DNA from: the human T2T-CHM13v2.0 reference genome, Homo sapiens
DNA: 64,000 bases
Direction: 5' to 3'
NCBI GenBank assembly: GCA_009914755.4
Contig: CP086569.2
Location: forward strand, 3,648,001-3,712,000
Position numbers and translations under genes: made by a program. The notes under the pieces are model-generated. The model searched no databases, had not been told where the DNA came from, and saw nothing but the letters and a program-made list of their open reading frames with translations. Positions within the stretch are counted from its first letter, which is position 1; each line of letters opens with the position of its first letter. Below, piece after piece: positions 1 to 12,485 of the stretch.

Positions 1-78
1 GAACCACTGACCTTGTGATCCACCCGCCTCGGCCTCCCAGAGTGCTGGGATTTCAGGCATGAGCCACCACGCCCAGCC
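1..78 (-). mobile_element. Alu SINE, 5' portion (cut by window edge)
   Basis: Reverse complement of 78..1 reads GGCTGGGCGTGGTGGCTCATGCCTGAAATCCCAGCACTCTGGGAGGCCGAGGCGGGTGGATCAC..., the canonical Alu left-monomer start. Confidence 0.85.
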
Positions 79-814
79 CAAGCCTGTGCTTTTGAACACT
101 GCTCTATAGTGTCTCATATAACAGTGGTGGGCAATACCTTTAAGCCAATTTCATTTTTCTGTCTTACCATAGGATGTTGAAGCCGCTATAACAAAATACC
201 ACAACTGGGTGGCTTATAACAACAGAAATTTATTTTTCACAATGCTGGAGCCTGGAAAATCCAAGATCATGGTGCTGGCAGATTTGGTTTCAGGTAAAAG
301 CTATTTTCTGGTTCATATTTGATGCCTTCTAACAGTGTCCCTTTATGGTGGAAGGGGACAACGATAGCCTCTTCAGCCTGTTATAAGGACTCTAATCCCA
401 TTCATGAGTGTCTCACCCTCATGTCTGAATTACCTCCCCAAAGGCCCCACCTTCTAAACACAACATAAGGGGGTTATTTTTCAACATATAAATTTTGAGG
501 AAACACATTCAATCCGTGGCAATCATATATTTCTTTGTTCTAAAGTTAGTTGTATCAGTTTGGGAACGGCTGGTAGTGCCCTTTCAACTATTTTAAAAGC
601 AACACATGAGTAGACTATGAACCAGTGCATACTAAGACATTATGCTTAACTTCCATTCAGTGTTCTTAAAGTCCTTCAAGACTCTTTTTAATCCTATTTT
701 CAGGATCTTTGCTCATTTCTGAAACAATAATGTGTCGAAGGGCTTATACACAGTCATGTTAATCTGAAGGTGAAGAGCTGTACTAGTTAGATACTAATCA
801 TAGCTCCAGTTTGA

Positions 815-1090
<276 letters not shown>

Positions 1091-3280
1091 TACATTTTTC
1101 TTTCTGCTTGATTTGAATAAATTATTCTGAAAAGTTTCATCCTGCATATATTGTTTTTAAAATACTATTTTAGAAGAAAAGGTTATTTAAATTTAGAGAG
1201 TCACTATGTTTTCCCTTTGGAAATAAGTTCCATTAGGCTTTCTTGTTATACAAAGTAATTACATAAAATCATTGACAAACTATGTCAGTAGAAAGTACTC
1301 AATATATTTCCAAAATGGAATAAATCCTGTAAGCCCCAATAATTTCTTTAATGTACTCTATAAAATTTCTTTTGAGATCTAGGCTTCATAGAAAACTAAA
1401 TTGTGGTTCATAATTTTAACATGCCATAATAAATATCTTCATTAAAATGGAATTTTAAACCTAATTTTAAAATGAGCAAATGTTTTCTTTACTATGTTTG
1501 TTCAGCATTTCTAATTATCATCCTTAAAAAGTGTAAAACCCCAAATAACTTTCTGACTAACTTAATACGTATCAATACATGCTCATAGTATTTTTGCGAG
1601 ATTTATTTTAAAATAGTTGTATATAATCACTGTCTTCATTTTGGTTCCTATGATTTTCTCTTAAACCCAGTCTATTCAGTCTTTTATCCCAACCACTTCA
1701 CTGACATTTCTTTTGTGAAGATCCCAAATTATCTCAACATTGCCCAATCCAATGGCTAGACTTCAGTCCTCATCCTACCAAATTATTTGCACCATTCAAC
1801 ACATTTCTTACACTTTCTTCATTTGACTTCCAAAACACTATCATCTCTTCATCTTCCTCTTACCTCATTGTTGGTTCTTGTCAGCTTTCTTTGCTGATTT
1901 CTGCCTAGCTCCTCAGTGCCAACGTGCTTAGCCTGTGGCCTTTTCTTTTCTACACCCAGTAATATTCTTGAGAATGCAATTTCGCATCATGCATTTATAT
2001 AACATCTATATGCTGACAATGTCAAATTTTTGTATCCAATCCACACATCTTTAGTGAACTCTTTTATACTCAAATATTATTTATTTTCTGTTTTTTTTAC
2101 ATGAATATAAGCTCTCTAGAAAAGAGAACCATTTCATTTGCAAATGCATCCCACTCTTCACTAGAAAATTACTTGGCAAATGATAAGGGCTTGATAAAGA
2201 GTTAATAAAGGAAAGAAAGAATGAATTAAATATTTTACGTACATATGTGTGTATATATCCATATGGATATATGAGAGATAAATATTTCACAAATATTTGA
2301 TTAAGTTGAACACATTATTCCTTTGTCATGCTATGCATCAATTTTCCCTTTCAATAACATTTTGCTCTTTTCAACATTTAGATGTCTTTCAAATAATATG
2401 AATTGTAGGTGTTTTCTTCTTAATGACTGCTCTGATAACTTAGTACTTATTAGCTCTTGTTATATTAGAAACAAAGATATTCAGAGTTGAATGAGAGGAA
2501 AAGCAATATGAGTTTTCTGCTGATCTAGGTAAAAAGGAAAATGAAGCAAAGAAGAGAAAGATGGTTCTTGTAGCAGGGGTTTTCAGAACTTAAGTAGAAT
2601 CCTGTTTTTGAACACTGAATTTGACTCCCTGCAGTCAGCCTTAAAAATACATACAGAATACAAAATGTATTGAGTTCTTTAAAGTGCAAAAGGTGAAGGG
2701 CTGTTGTTAGTTGGAGTTCTTCCAGAAGACAGTCCTGTCTCAAACAGTGTTTGGTTCTTAAGAGAGGTTAACTTCCCAGCACAAATATGACATTAAAGAG
2801 CTAATCATCAGTCTTCCTCTTTCCTGACAGAGCTTTGATCCACAGTTGAACCTTTTTCTTTTTCTTTCAAACTACATTCAGTTGTAGTCCCTGGGGAAAA
2901 GTCAGATTCCTGTTGATTGTCCTCAGCTCAAGGAGAAGGGTTTCATCTTTATTTATAGCACTTGTGAAGTGCCCACAGGACACAGCAAGGTCAGCGTCCT
3001 AGCTAAGACCTAAGACCTATCCATAGTATATAGAAATAAGGCAACCTTTGCATCCTCGAGAAACTTATATTCTAAAGTATGGATTGAGTCAATGGCCTTT
3101 GAAATGGTAACTATTTTGAATAAAAAACATCAGAGGAGCAGGATTTGAGAGATGAACACATAGCAATGCATAAAGTAGATTTACTGAATAGAAGTCTAGT
3201 ACTATAAGTAATTAAATAAAAGCCTTCTCAGCCCAGGTTGTGGCAATTCTGGATTTTTATTTTTCCTGTCTTGCAAAAGA

Positions 3281-3420
3281 GTGATTCTTAACCTTGGCTG
3301 CACATTAACATTACCTGAAAATCTTTTAAAAACCTTGTCAGACCTCGCCCTGACAAATCAAAATCTCTTTCTAGGACCAAGATATTAGTAATTTGTTTTA
3401 AACTCACTAGGTGATACCAA
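3281..3420. mobile_element. MER5-like hAT-Charlie non-autonomous DNA transposon (MITE)
   Basis: gtgattcttaaccttggctgcacattaacattacctgaaaatcttttaaaaa…caaatcaaaatctctttctagg…ctcactaggtgata parallels the palindromic MER5 consensus GTGGTTCTCAACC-GGGCTGCACATTAGAATCACCTGGGGAGCTTTTAAAAA…AATCAGAATCTCTGGGGG…CTCCCCAGGTGATTC. Recalled from memory. Confidence 0.45.
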
Positions 3421-3824
3421 TATGCATCCAAGTTTGAGAATAAGTATTCTTGGCTCATAAAATAGAGTTATGACAGCTATATAAACAAAACAGATATTAT
3501 ACATTTTAGAAAATATGTGACAACGGAATCATTCATGTCAATGGCAAAATAATTATAACAATTCATTAACCAATATTTGTTATATAGACTTTTGGGGTAT
3601 TATTTTTTTAGCACGTTTATAATTGGTTTTCTGAGAGATACATAAAACCCAGCCATAATGACAAAAGTAAATACTGGTCACCCAACTCAAGATTTGGGAA
3701 AACCTTACTAGCCTTGTTATAGAGAGTAATAACTTCCTCTAGGCATGCTAAAAAGTACAAGAATGAGAGGCATGATCTCATTCCTATTCTCAAATATGTC
3801 CAGTGATCTTTACTCAATACATAG

Positions 3825-3900
3825 ATAATTTGTACCTGAATCAGAATCTCTGGGATAGAGCCAAGGATCTTTATTTTTAATAATCTCCCAGTTAATTATT
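3825..3900. mobile_element. possible second MER5-like fragment (3' half)
   Basis: gaatcagaatctctggga…tttttaataatctcccag resembles AATCAGAATCTCTGGGGG…TTTTTTAAAAGCTCCCCAGG. The match is weak. Confidence 0.25.
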
Positions 3901-6305
3901 ATTTACACTGAAGTGTAAAAATCACAGGCTTATTTTTACACTATAATTAACAGTAACAACAAAACCAGATATGGTAAATACAGTAAATTTAAAATCCCTA
4001 AGTGAAACCAGCCTGATGTCCCCATAGAAATGATATAATGATTTTTTAAGTAAACATGGAAATTGATACTCCCTAGTCTTAAAACTTGAAACATTTACTT
4101 TATCTGAATTCTTTCCTCAGGAAACCAACCCTCAGGCAAGGAACTAAAATTCATCAGATTACCATATCCAGACAATGAGACACCAGACCCCTCATTCATC
4201 ATGAATGCTTCCTTTCTTGTCCCTAATTTACTTCCCCCACACACATACGTAGTTAGATTCCCTCCACCACTATCTAAACCCCCAATTTTACTTAGCTAAG
4301 GAGACAGATTTGAAGTTTGGCTACCATCACTCCTGCTGACGTCACCTGAATTAAAAGCCTTCTTCCTGGCAGTAATTGTTGTCTCAGTGATTCACTTTCT
4401 GTGTGGTGAGCAAAAGGACCTATACCAAACCCCTGGCATTTCAGTATACTACATAAGGTCTGATATAACAGTAATCATACCAAATCAGTCATTTTAGAAG
4501 GTCTAAAACAATTTTAAAAGATTGCCTTCAAACAGAATAGTATCACTTAAATTGACCTCTTCCCTAGAAACTTAGCTGGGAAAACACATAACTGCTTTGC
4601 AAATATATTTATAGCAATAAAAAACACATAAATAAGCAACAATTTTAATGAAATGAATAATAATGACTCAGAGGCAGAGATGTCTTTAAAAATTTTTGCC
4701 ATTGGAATAATCGGAAGTAAATAATATAATTTGCAGCAGGGTGGAAAGCATTGTATATGTGTTCCTACTAACTAAGTACGAATCCAGTAAGATTGTATGA
4801 CACATTTTTAAAAAGCATATTCTTAAAAACAATCTTTACTTCCTTTAAAAATATCTTGGATGCTTTGTAAAAAATAATGTCTGTTCATCATAAAATTCAA
4901 AATGCCAGGAATATTATAAGAAAAAAATAAAAATTAACAGAAACCTTGCCTTTTTTGCAGAAAAGTCCTGAATAGAAGTTTACATAAATAAGAGAATTGG
5001 TGTTCTATAAAGTGTTTTTCTTTAGTCAACAATATGATTAGTACATTTTTCAGGAAATAGTACAATATTTAATAATTTTTAATAGCTATATATTATGTAA
5101 GCACCAGAATTCCTTTAGTCAGTTTCTATCAAGGGATATTTAGATGATTTTTCAACTTTTCTATATTATTAAAAACATCATAAGATGAATCCTTATGTGT
5201 ACATAATTTTGAATATGTGCAATTATTCCCTTAGTGTAACCTTTTAAAAGTGAGTTTTTTAATATATCAAAAGGAATAAGCATTTTACATATGGATTCAT
5301 ATTGTAAACAAATCCTCTTCCCTAATTGCACTATAACATCTGAGATTGTTCCTTATTTTATGTCCTCAACAAGCCTGGGTTTTGTCAAATTTCTTAAACA
5401 TTTTCTTTTCATTTTTTTAATGATTATCATACCATTGTTCTAATTTCCTTATTAATGAATAGAAATTATTACTTTTTTTTTGGCCTTGGTGAAAAAAAGT
5501 CCAAGTTTTGGAGCTCATCCATAGCCTCTATTCCTGCCACCATAGACACTTGTTTCATAATCTCATTGGATAATTGCCAGGGTGACCAAGGAAAGAGACT
5601 AACTGACATTCAGAATAGGTCACCTTGTCCACCTGATTAAAGATCATGTGCCACAGTAGATTTCTTCAGGTGGACAGTTATACGGCTCATAAATATAATC
5701 ATACTATGTGCCTATTCTGAGAGATCCATCGAATACCTCACCCTCTTGTCATTGCTCTTCAAATCTTATCCTTTTTAGTCCCTGATTAACCTGATTAGCA
5801 AATCATTGGTCACTGCCTATAAATCACTGTAGATCCATATCTGAGATAATCTTTCCCTCCATGCAAACTACGTATCTAATTTCTGCTCACTGAGAGAATT
5901 TCCCTTCAATACTATCTTTCGAGACCACATCTTAATAGGACCATAGTGCAGTGGCCATCAGTGGGGCTGGTTTGTCATGAAAATCTACCTATCAACTAGA
6001 ACTTTACTCTTTTGTTCTTTCATTATTTGGTAAAAGGGAATCTCCCCACAAGGTAGTTGGTATGAGCCATGGGTCAGGTAGCAAAGTAACAGGGGTAGGT
6101 ACTCTAAGAGTCTGAGCCTCCTACCTGGTTTACTTGTGCATTCAGACCTGCACTAACAAGGTCTCATATATACCATATCAATTGTGTAAAGTTATGCTAC
6201 TGTACATATCCAATTGTATGGTTTTTAAATCAGGTAAGTCAAAGTCCAGAATGGTCAAAGAGTCACTTACTGTCCAATTTATTTCTGTTTAAGGAGATTG
6301 TCTTT

Positions 6306-6317
6306 GGGGGGGGGGGT
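6306..6317. repeat. poly(G)12 homopolymer
   Basis: tttgggggggggggggtcc read directly from the sequence. Confidence 0.9.
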
Positions 6318-6595
6318 CCTCAAATATGTGAGCAAACCAATCCCAGAATCTCATTTTGAGAATCTGTTTTATGGGACCACTTTTGGGGTAAATTACTGTA
6401 TCGGTAAGGATCTCAGAAATCTGACATTACACTTAAACTAGTTTCTCAGAAATTTAATATTAAAACTAATTTCAAAAATGTGAATACAGTTTGGAGAAAC
6501 CAAGATGGAAGTGATTACCACCATTAAGAATGAAAAGGTAAGTCAAAGAGCATTTACAGAATTAAAAATTTTAAAAAGCCAAAAAACAAAAACAA

Positions 6596-6640
6596 ACTAA
6601 TGAGAGGTGCGCGAGAGTGAGAGAGAGAGAGAGACTGCTA
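6596..6640. repeat. (GA)n-rich simple repeat
   Basis: gcgcgagagtgagagagagagagagactgc. Confidence 0.8.
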
Positions 6641-6885
6641 GGATTTGTGGTCTCTGATAGAGGAACAAAACTATCTGCCATAAAGCAATGGAGAAGAAAG
6701 CAGAGGAATAAGTAACTCTTTTTTCTCCCACCTTCTGATTTTTTTTGTCAGAGCCTTCCATTCATCAAACTCCACTAGAAGCCGGAAGGATGGGAGGTCC
6801 ACTAAAGTAGTCCATACAGTTAAGCCTTCAAAAATGTGCAGCAAAATAAAGAAGGATACATTGTAGAACTGGAGATTTGATTTAA

Positions 6886-7030
6886 GTATTGTGTGTGTGT
6901 GTATATATCTATATATATGTTATGTTATATATGTATTGTATAGCATCATATATATTTTATTATATGTACCATATATTTTATGTATTCTTTTGAATATATA
7001 TTTAAATAAATAATATATACTTATATTTAT
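6886..7030. repeat. (TG)n followed by (TA)n/(TATG)n simple repeat
   Basis: gtgtgtgtgtgtgtatatatctatatatatgttatgttatatatgtattgtatag… and the following AT-dinucleotide-rich run. Confidence 0.85.
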
Positions 7031-7778
7031 AAAACCAAAATTTTCCCCATCGTTCATTTTCTAAAATGATCTTGGCTGTCATTACCTGTTTTTCTTTAAG
7101 ATGAGCTGTAGAATAATTTGCCATCTTTCAGAAATAAGAAAAATCAAATTTTATTTTTAACTGGTATTACATACACTTTTAGATCAATTCAGAGAAAACT
7201 GATATTTTTGTATTATTTAAAACTCCTTTTCAAAGCAAATAGTTTATCTCTAGTCAAATTATTTATGTCTTTCAGTAGAGTTTTAGAGCTTCATATAGGA
7301 ATTTTGTCTTTTGTGTTAAGTTTATTCCTCAGTGTTTTCTGTGGTTTTGCTATAAAAAATAATAAATTTTCTTCCATTATATTTTATATTTCTTATTATT
7401 TGTATATAGGTTGCATATTATAGAACATAATATTTATTATTTTGTACATTAATTCTATGATGAGCAAAGACTATGGAATAATGATAATCTCGAATTGTTT
7501 TTTAGTTGATTCTTTAGTTTTTCAGGAATATAATAATTTCCTCTGCAAGTACTGGTAATATTGCCCTCTTCTCACCAATATTTATATCTCTCATATAATT
7601 TCCTAGCTATACTGAAACAGCGAGCATATCCAGTAAAAAGTTAAATAGTAGCAAAAATAGCTTGCTGTTTGTATTATTCTTAACTTCAATAAGGTTGAGC
7701 ATAACATTTCACTTTTAATCATGATTTAAGATATATATCTTGAATCATGTGTTTTGAGATACACATCTTTACTCTTCA

Positions 7779-8065
7779 GGCTGAGCACAGTGGCTTACAC
7801 TTATAATACCAATGCTTTTGGAAGTCAAGGTGGGAAGATCGCTTCAGGCTTGGAGTTCAAGCCCAGCCTGAGCATTATAGCAAGACCCCATTTCTACAAA
7901 AACATTACTAAAAAATTAGCTCGGTGAGGTGGTGCATGCCTGCAGTCCTAGCTACTCAGGAGTCAGAGTTAGATCAGGAGTTTGAGGCTGCAGTGAACTA
8001 TAATTATAACACTATACTTCAGCCTGGGTGACAGAGCAAGACCCTCTCTCTAAAAATATTTTTTA
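7779..8065 (+). mobile_element. Alu SINE, old (AluJ-like, diverged)
   Basis: GGCTGAGCACAGTGGCTTACACTTATAATACCAATGCTTTTGGAAGTCAAGGTGGGAAGATCGCTT…GCCTGGGTGACAGAGCAAGACCCTCTCTCTAAAAATA. The left and right monomers and the A-rich tail are all present, with many substitutions. Confidence 0.9.
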
Positions 8066-8434
8066 AATATATCTTAATTCTTATTTCATATAACCTTCCA
8101 TTCTCACAATTAGAGATGGTTGTTGGATTTTACCAAATAACATTTATATTTCTGAAGGTATGTAGAAGACATTTTAAATCTACCTTATTAAATAAAACAA
8201 ATTATATAGAAGTAAATTTCTAAAAAAATTGAATTTTCTAACATGATATAAATCACCCCTACTTTCTATGCTTTATTATATTATTCTTTATCATACTGGT
8301 GAACTTTACTAACTTTTTTAAATTTATATCATAAGTATTAGTATGTAAAGTTGATCTCTCATTTTCTTTTTTATAATCTTCACCAGATTTTGGTAATTTA
8401 AATTCATAATTTAATCCATATCAATTTAATATAG

Positions 8435-9140
8435 TTGAACTTTGTGGAGGATTTTTGCATCTATGTTCATGAGAGATATTGGCCTATAGGGTTTTTGTTT
8501 CATGCTTTCCTTGCCAAGTTTTGGAATCAGTATGATGCTGGCTTTGTAGAATGAGTTAGAAAGGAGTCCCTCCTCCATCTATTGGAATAGTTTTATTATG
8601 ATTCATACCAGCTCTTCTTTGTACATCTGGTAGAATTTGACTGTGAATCCATTTGGTCTGGGGCTTGTTTTAATTGGTGTGTTTTTTATTACTGATGTAA
8701 TTTTGGAATTTGATATTGATCTGTTTGGGATTTTAATTTCTTCTTGATTAAATCTTGGGAGATTGTTTCCAGAAACTTATCAGTTTTCTCTGGATTTTCA
8801 AGATAATGGGCATAGAAGTGTTCATAATTATCTCTGAGGATCTTTTCTATTTCTGTGAAATCAGTCACAATGTCACATTTTTTGTTCCCGATTGTAGTTA
8901 TTTGGATCTTCTCTTTTTTTCTTTATTAATCTAGCTAGTACTGTATCAATCTTGTTTATTCATTCAAGAAACTAATTTTGTTTTGTTTTTGTTGATTCTT
9001 TATATGAATTTTTGGGTCTTAATTTCATTGAGTTTTACTCTGATTTTACTTATTTATTTTCTTTTGTAAGCTTTGGAGTTAGTTTGTTCTTGTTTTTCTA
9101 ATTCCTCTAAGTGTGACGTTACATCATTAATTTTTAATCT
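8435..9140 (-). mobile_element. L1 LINE fragment, antisense, ORF2 (RT) region
   Basis: ttgtggaggatttttgcatctatgttcatgagagatattggcc…ggaatcagtatgatgctggctttgtagaatgagttag…gtacatctggtagaatttgactgtgaatccatttggtc…ttattaatctagctagtactgtatcaatcttgtt is collinear with the reverse complement of L1 ORF2 (consensus: …ttgaggatttttgcatcgatgttcatcagggatattggtc…ggtatcaggatgatgctggcctcataaaatgagttagg…). Confidence 0.75.
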
Positions 9141-9999
9141 TTCTATCTATCCTAAATCTCCAGTTTCTGAGAAAAGATTATCCCAAATTTATAAAATAAA
9201 TCATGAAGTGTATAGAATGAGGAAATAGTCCCTTATTTTTTTCTGTAAGACCAGTATAATTTTGATATTCAATGAAGAAAGATGGCACAAGGGAAAGAAA
9301 ATTGTTATTCAATGTAAATTTACCTCATGAACATAGATACAATAATTACAAAAAATGCAAAAAACCAATTACATAAATACAAACAAACACATATATATGT
9401 ATGTATATGTTTGTATGAATGTATGTCATAGTCAAATTAGCACTAAGAACCCAAAGGTAACTTAGCATTATAAAAACTTTAAATGTTATTGCTAACAGAT
9501 TGCAGGAGAAATCTCACAGAATTACCTAAATAGTTTTTTTAAATGCATTGGCTAAATTTAATATTAATTCATGTGAAAATCTTTTGGAAATTTATGAATA
9601 TAATAAAACATTTAAACCAGACAATATGTTGCCTAATCAAAATGTATAATAAGCATGACTATTAAAGGTGAGATCCTATTTACATCAAGAGAATAATGTG
9701 CATATCACTGCATTTACTGAATATCATACTGGTTGTTATGGTCAATCTGGTAATTTTTTTAATGCAATGCATATACAAAAAATATAAAAACTTTCATAAT
9801 TCACACATGATATTAATGTCTATATTTAGAAAGTACTTCATTATTAAATTATTAGAAATGTTGAGAGTTTGGAAAGTAGGCCAGAAATGGGATCAAACTG
9901 CATAACAAAACAAAACCCCTCTAAATGTCTATATAATAATAAGAAAGTTTTAGAAAAATAGAAATTTACAAATATATCATTTAAAACAGAGTCTTCTAA

Positions 10000-12130
10000 G
10001 TTTTTCCCACAAGACGGTGGATTAGAGGCATTTAGCATGCCTCGGCTGCTTGGAAATAGCAAGATAGTGCATAAAGATCAACTCTGTGAGCTTCAATTCA
10101 AAAAGGAAAATGTGAATCCACCAGAGTCATGAAGGACACCCCAGATCAGGAGAGCAGAGGACACTGGCAAACAGCCACTATGATGGCATCTGGCTGATAA
10201 AATTTAGTGCAACCACAGTATGTGAGAGAGGAAGAGAGTCTTTCTCTGTGACTCACATTTACACTGGAGATCTGAGGCAACCCAAGCCGAGGCAGAGCAT
10301 TTTTTTTTTCTCCCAAGACGAGAGCTAACCTGAGAAGAAGCTTGGAGATGCTGTGAGGAAAAGACATGAATAAAAGCTGCAGGCGTTTTCCCAGACCTGG
10401 GACTGAGAACAGAACACCATTTTTAATCTGGGTGCAACAAAGTCAGCCATTCTTTGGTGATCCGGCAGTGTGGCCATGCAAACATTTCAGTCTCAGGCTG
10501 GAAATTTGAGTGCTCGTTTTGGAGATGGGTAAGGACATTCACAGCTAGAACTGTGGAAAGTGCCTCAGCAGTAAGCAATGGAATTTTGCTCTCCCCCATC
10601 TCAAACCTGCAGCAGGAGGAGAGCTGCTATAGCTGCAATTTCTCCTGGGCTGTGAACCTTGCAGCCAAAGCCACCTTGATGACCTAGAACCAATCTATGT
10701 GTCCCATAACTGTGTGCCCCAGACTGCTCCCCTGAGATCTTGGTGCAGCGGGCCCCTCTCTGCTCCACTCCCAGGCAGAAATCCAGGCATTTGGAGGATT
10801 CACTTCTCTGCAACTGCAGCCTGAGTTGCCCTATCCTACATTGACATAGATCACAGTACAGTGGGGCCCTCTCTGCTCTATGGCCACGGAGGTATCTAGG
10901 CATTTGGAGAACACACTCACTTGGATCTACAGCCTGACCTGACCTACAATTTCTGTGCTGAGATCTTTGTGCAAGAAGTCCTTATCTGCTTCAGGCCCAA
11001 AAGTATCTCCAGGAATTTTGAGCAATCCCTCATCTAGATCAGCAGACTGAGCCACCTGACCCTTCTAGGACATAGATTGTGGTGCAGTGACACCCTCTCT
11101 GCCCCATGCCTGGGCAAATCTCCAAGCATTTGGAACACCAACTTGCCTGGATTAGTGGCCAGAGCCACCTCACCCTTCCTGTTCAGAGATCCTCATGCCA
11201 GGGGGGCCTTCTCTGCTACATGCCCAGGCAGATCCCCAGGCATTTGGTGTGCTTACTCCTGGATTAGGAGTTTATTCCACTCCTGATTCCTATGCAAAGA
11301 ATTTGAGGCTGAGGAAATTCCCCAGTTCCAGGCTTAGGCACACCTCTGAGTGTTTGGTGGTCATCCAGCGAATGCTTTCTCAGTGCAGTTGCTTGTGCCT
11401 GCCATGAGGGGACCTGTAGATAGACCCTGACCATTGTAACCTCAGAACCCTGGGGTTAAGCAGGGAGGTCAGACTCCTGGGCATTTTGCAAAATAGCCCA
11501 TTGCCTAGGCAACAGACAGTAAACAAGGATCAAGTGTATACCCAGCTGCATGGGTCACAGGCAGCTCTTACCTGTAAGTTTTTACCTACTGGATTGTACG
11601 TTGAACTGCACAGCCCAACATAAAACCTGCTGAAAGAAGAGCATAGGGCTGTAGGAGCAAAACCAACAAACCCTATCCAGCATTCCTTACAGTCACACAC
11701 ACTAGGGAGGGGAGCAATAGGAAAAAGAAGGAAAGAAAAGAAACCAATAATATTTAGAGAAAGAAATAAAAAGAAAAAAATCCTAACTGAATAAAAGTAA
11801 CTATAGAAATTAGAAACGCCAGCATCTCCAGATGAGAAGTAACCAGAGCAAACATTTTGGTACCATAAAAAATCAGAATGTAATGACACCACCAAAGGAT
11901 CACACTAGCTCTCTAGCAATAATCAGTAAATAAAAGGAAAGCTTGGAAATGGCGGATAAAGAATTCAAAGCATAGATTGCGAGGAAACTCAATGAGATCC
12001 AAGACAATGTTGAAAATCAACACAAAAAAGCTTCTAAAGCAATCTGGAAACTGAAGGAAGAGAAAAACATTCAAAAAGATTTCGGGATAATCTTTTCTCA
12101 GAAACTGGAGATTTACTTGTAAAGTCATAT
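10000..12130 (+). mobile_element. ancient L1 (L1PB/L1MA-like) 5'UTR plus the first ~250 bp of ORF1, 3'-truncated
   Basis: 11900-12130 (…ggaaatggcggataaagaattcaaagcatagattgcgaggaaactcaatgagatccaagacaatgttgaaaatcaac…) is L1 ORF1 N-terminal sense sequence. It is preceded by ~1.9 kb of GC-richer leader containing tandem monomers, as expected for an old primate L1 5'UTR. The element stops abruptly at 12130. Confidence 0.6.
10735..11290 (+). repeat. about five tandem ~115-bp monomers inside the L1 5'UTR
   Basis: A recurring unit …gatc(t/a)…gtgcag…cc(c/t)tctctgc(t/c)…cc(c/a)(a/t)ggcag…atc(c/t)ccaggcatttgga… appears five times head-to-tail. Confidence 0.7.
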
Positions 12131-12444
12131 TTGCACAGTGCTGTATTCACATTATGTAAATATATTTTTTTTATTATACTTCAAGTACTGGAATACATGT
12201 GCAGCAAATATTTTTAACTGATTATCTCTAACAGACTATTCCAGGTTTTTAATTGATTTCATCATTATTTAATACATATTTTATAAGTATATTTTTCTTC
12301 AGGAAGTTTTTAAATCTTAAAAAGAGGGGAGATCATGCAGTGTTTCTCTTTCTGTGTCTTGTTTATTTCACTTAGTAGAGAGTCCTCCAGCTCTTTCTAT
12401 GCTGTAATAAATGGCAGGATTTTCTTTTTTATAAAGGCTGAATA

Positions 12445-12485
12445 GTGTGTGTGTGTGTGTGTGCACGCACGTGTGTGTGTGTGTT
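12445..12485. repeat. (GT)n microsatellite, interrupted by CACGCAC
   Basis: gtgtgtgtgtgtgtgtgtgcacgcacgtgtgtgtgtgtg. Confidence 0.9.

Noticed and set aside
6306-6317. G12 run as a potential G-quadruplex or regulatory element
   Set aside because: A single uninterrupted G tract without neighbouring G-runs cannot form a canonical intramolecular G4. It is most likely a slippage-prone homopolymer only.
9140-10000. Possible additional L1 or other repeat between the antisense ORF2 fragment and the L1 5'UTR stub
   Set aside because: I saw some L1-like flavour (A-rich, 'caatgtaaatt', 'aatacaaacaaacacatatatatg' microsatellite) but could not align it convincingly to any consensus from memory. I left it unannotated.
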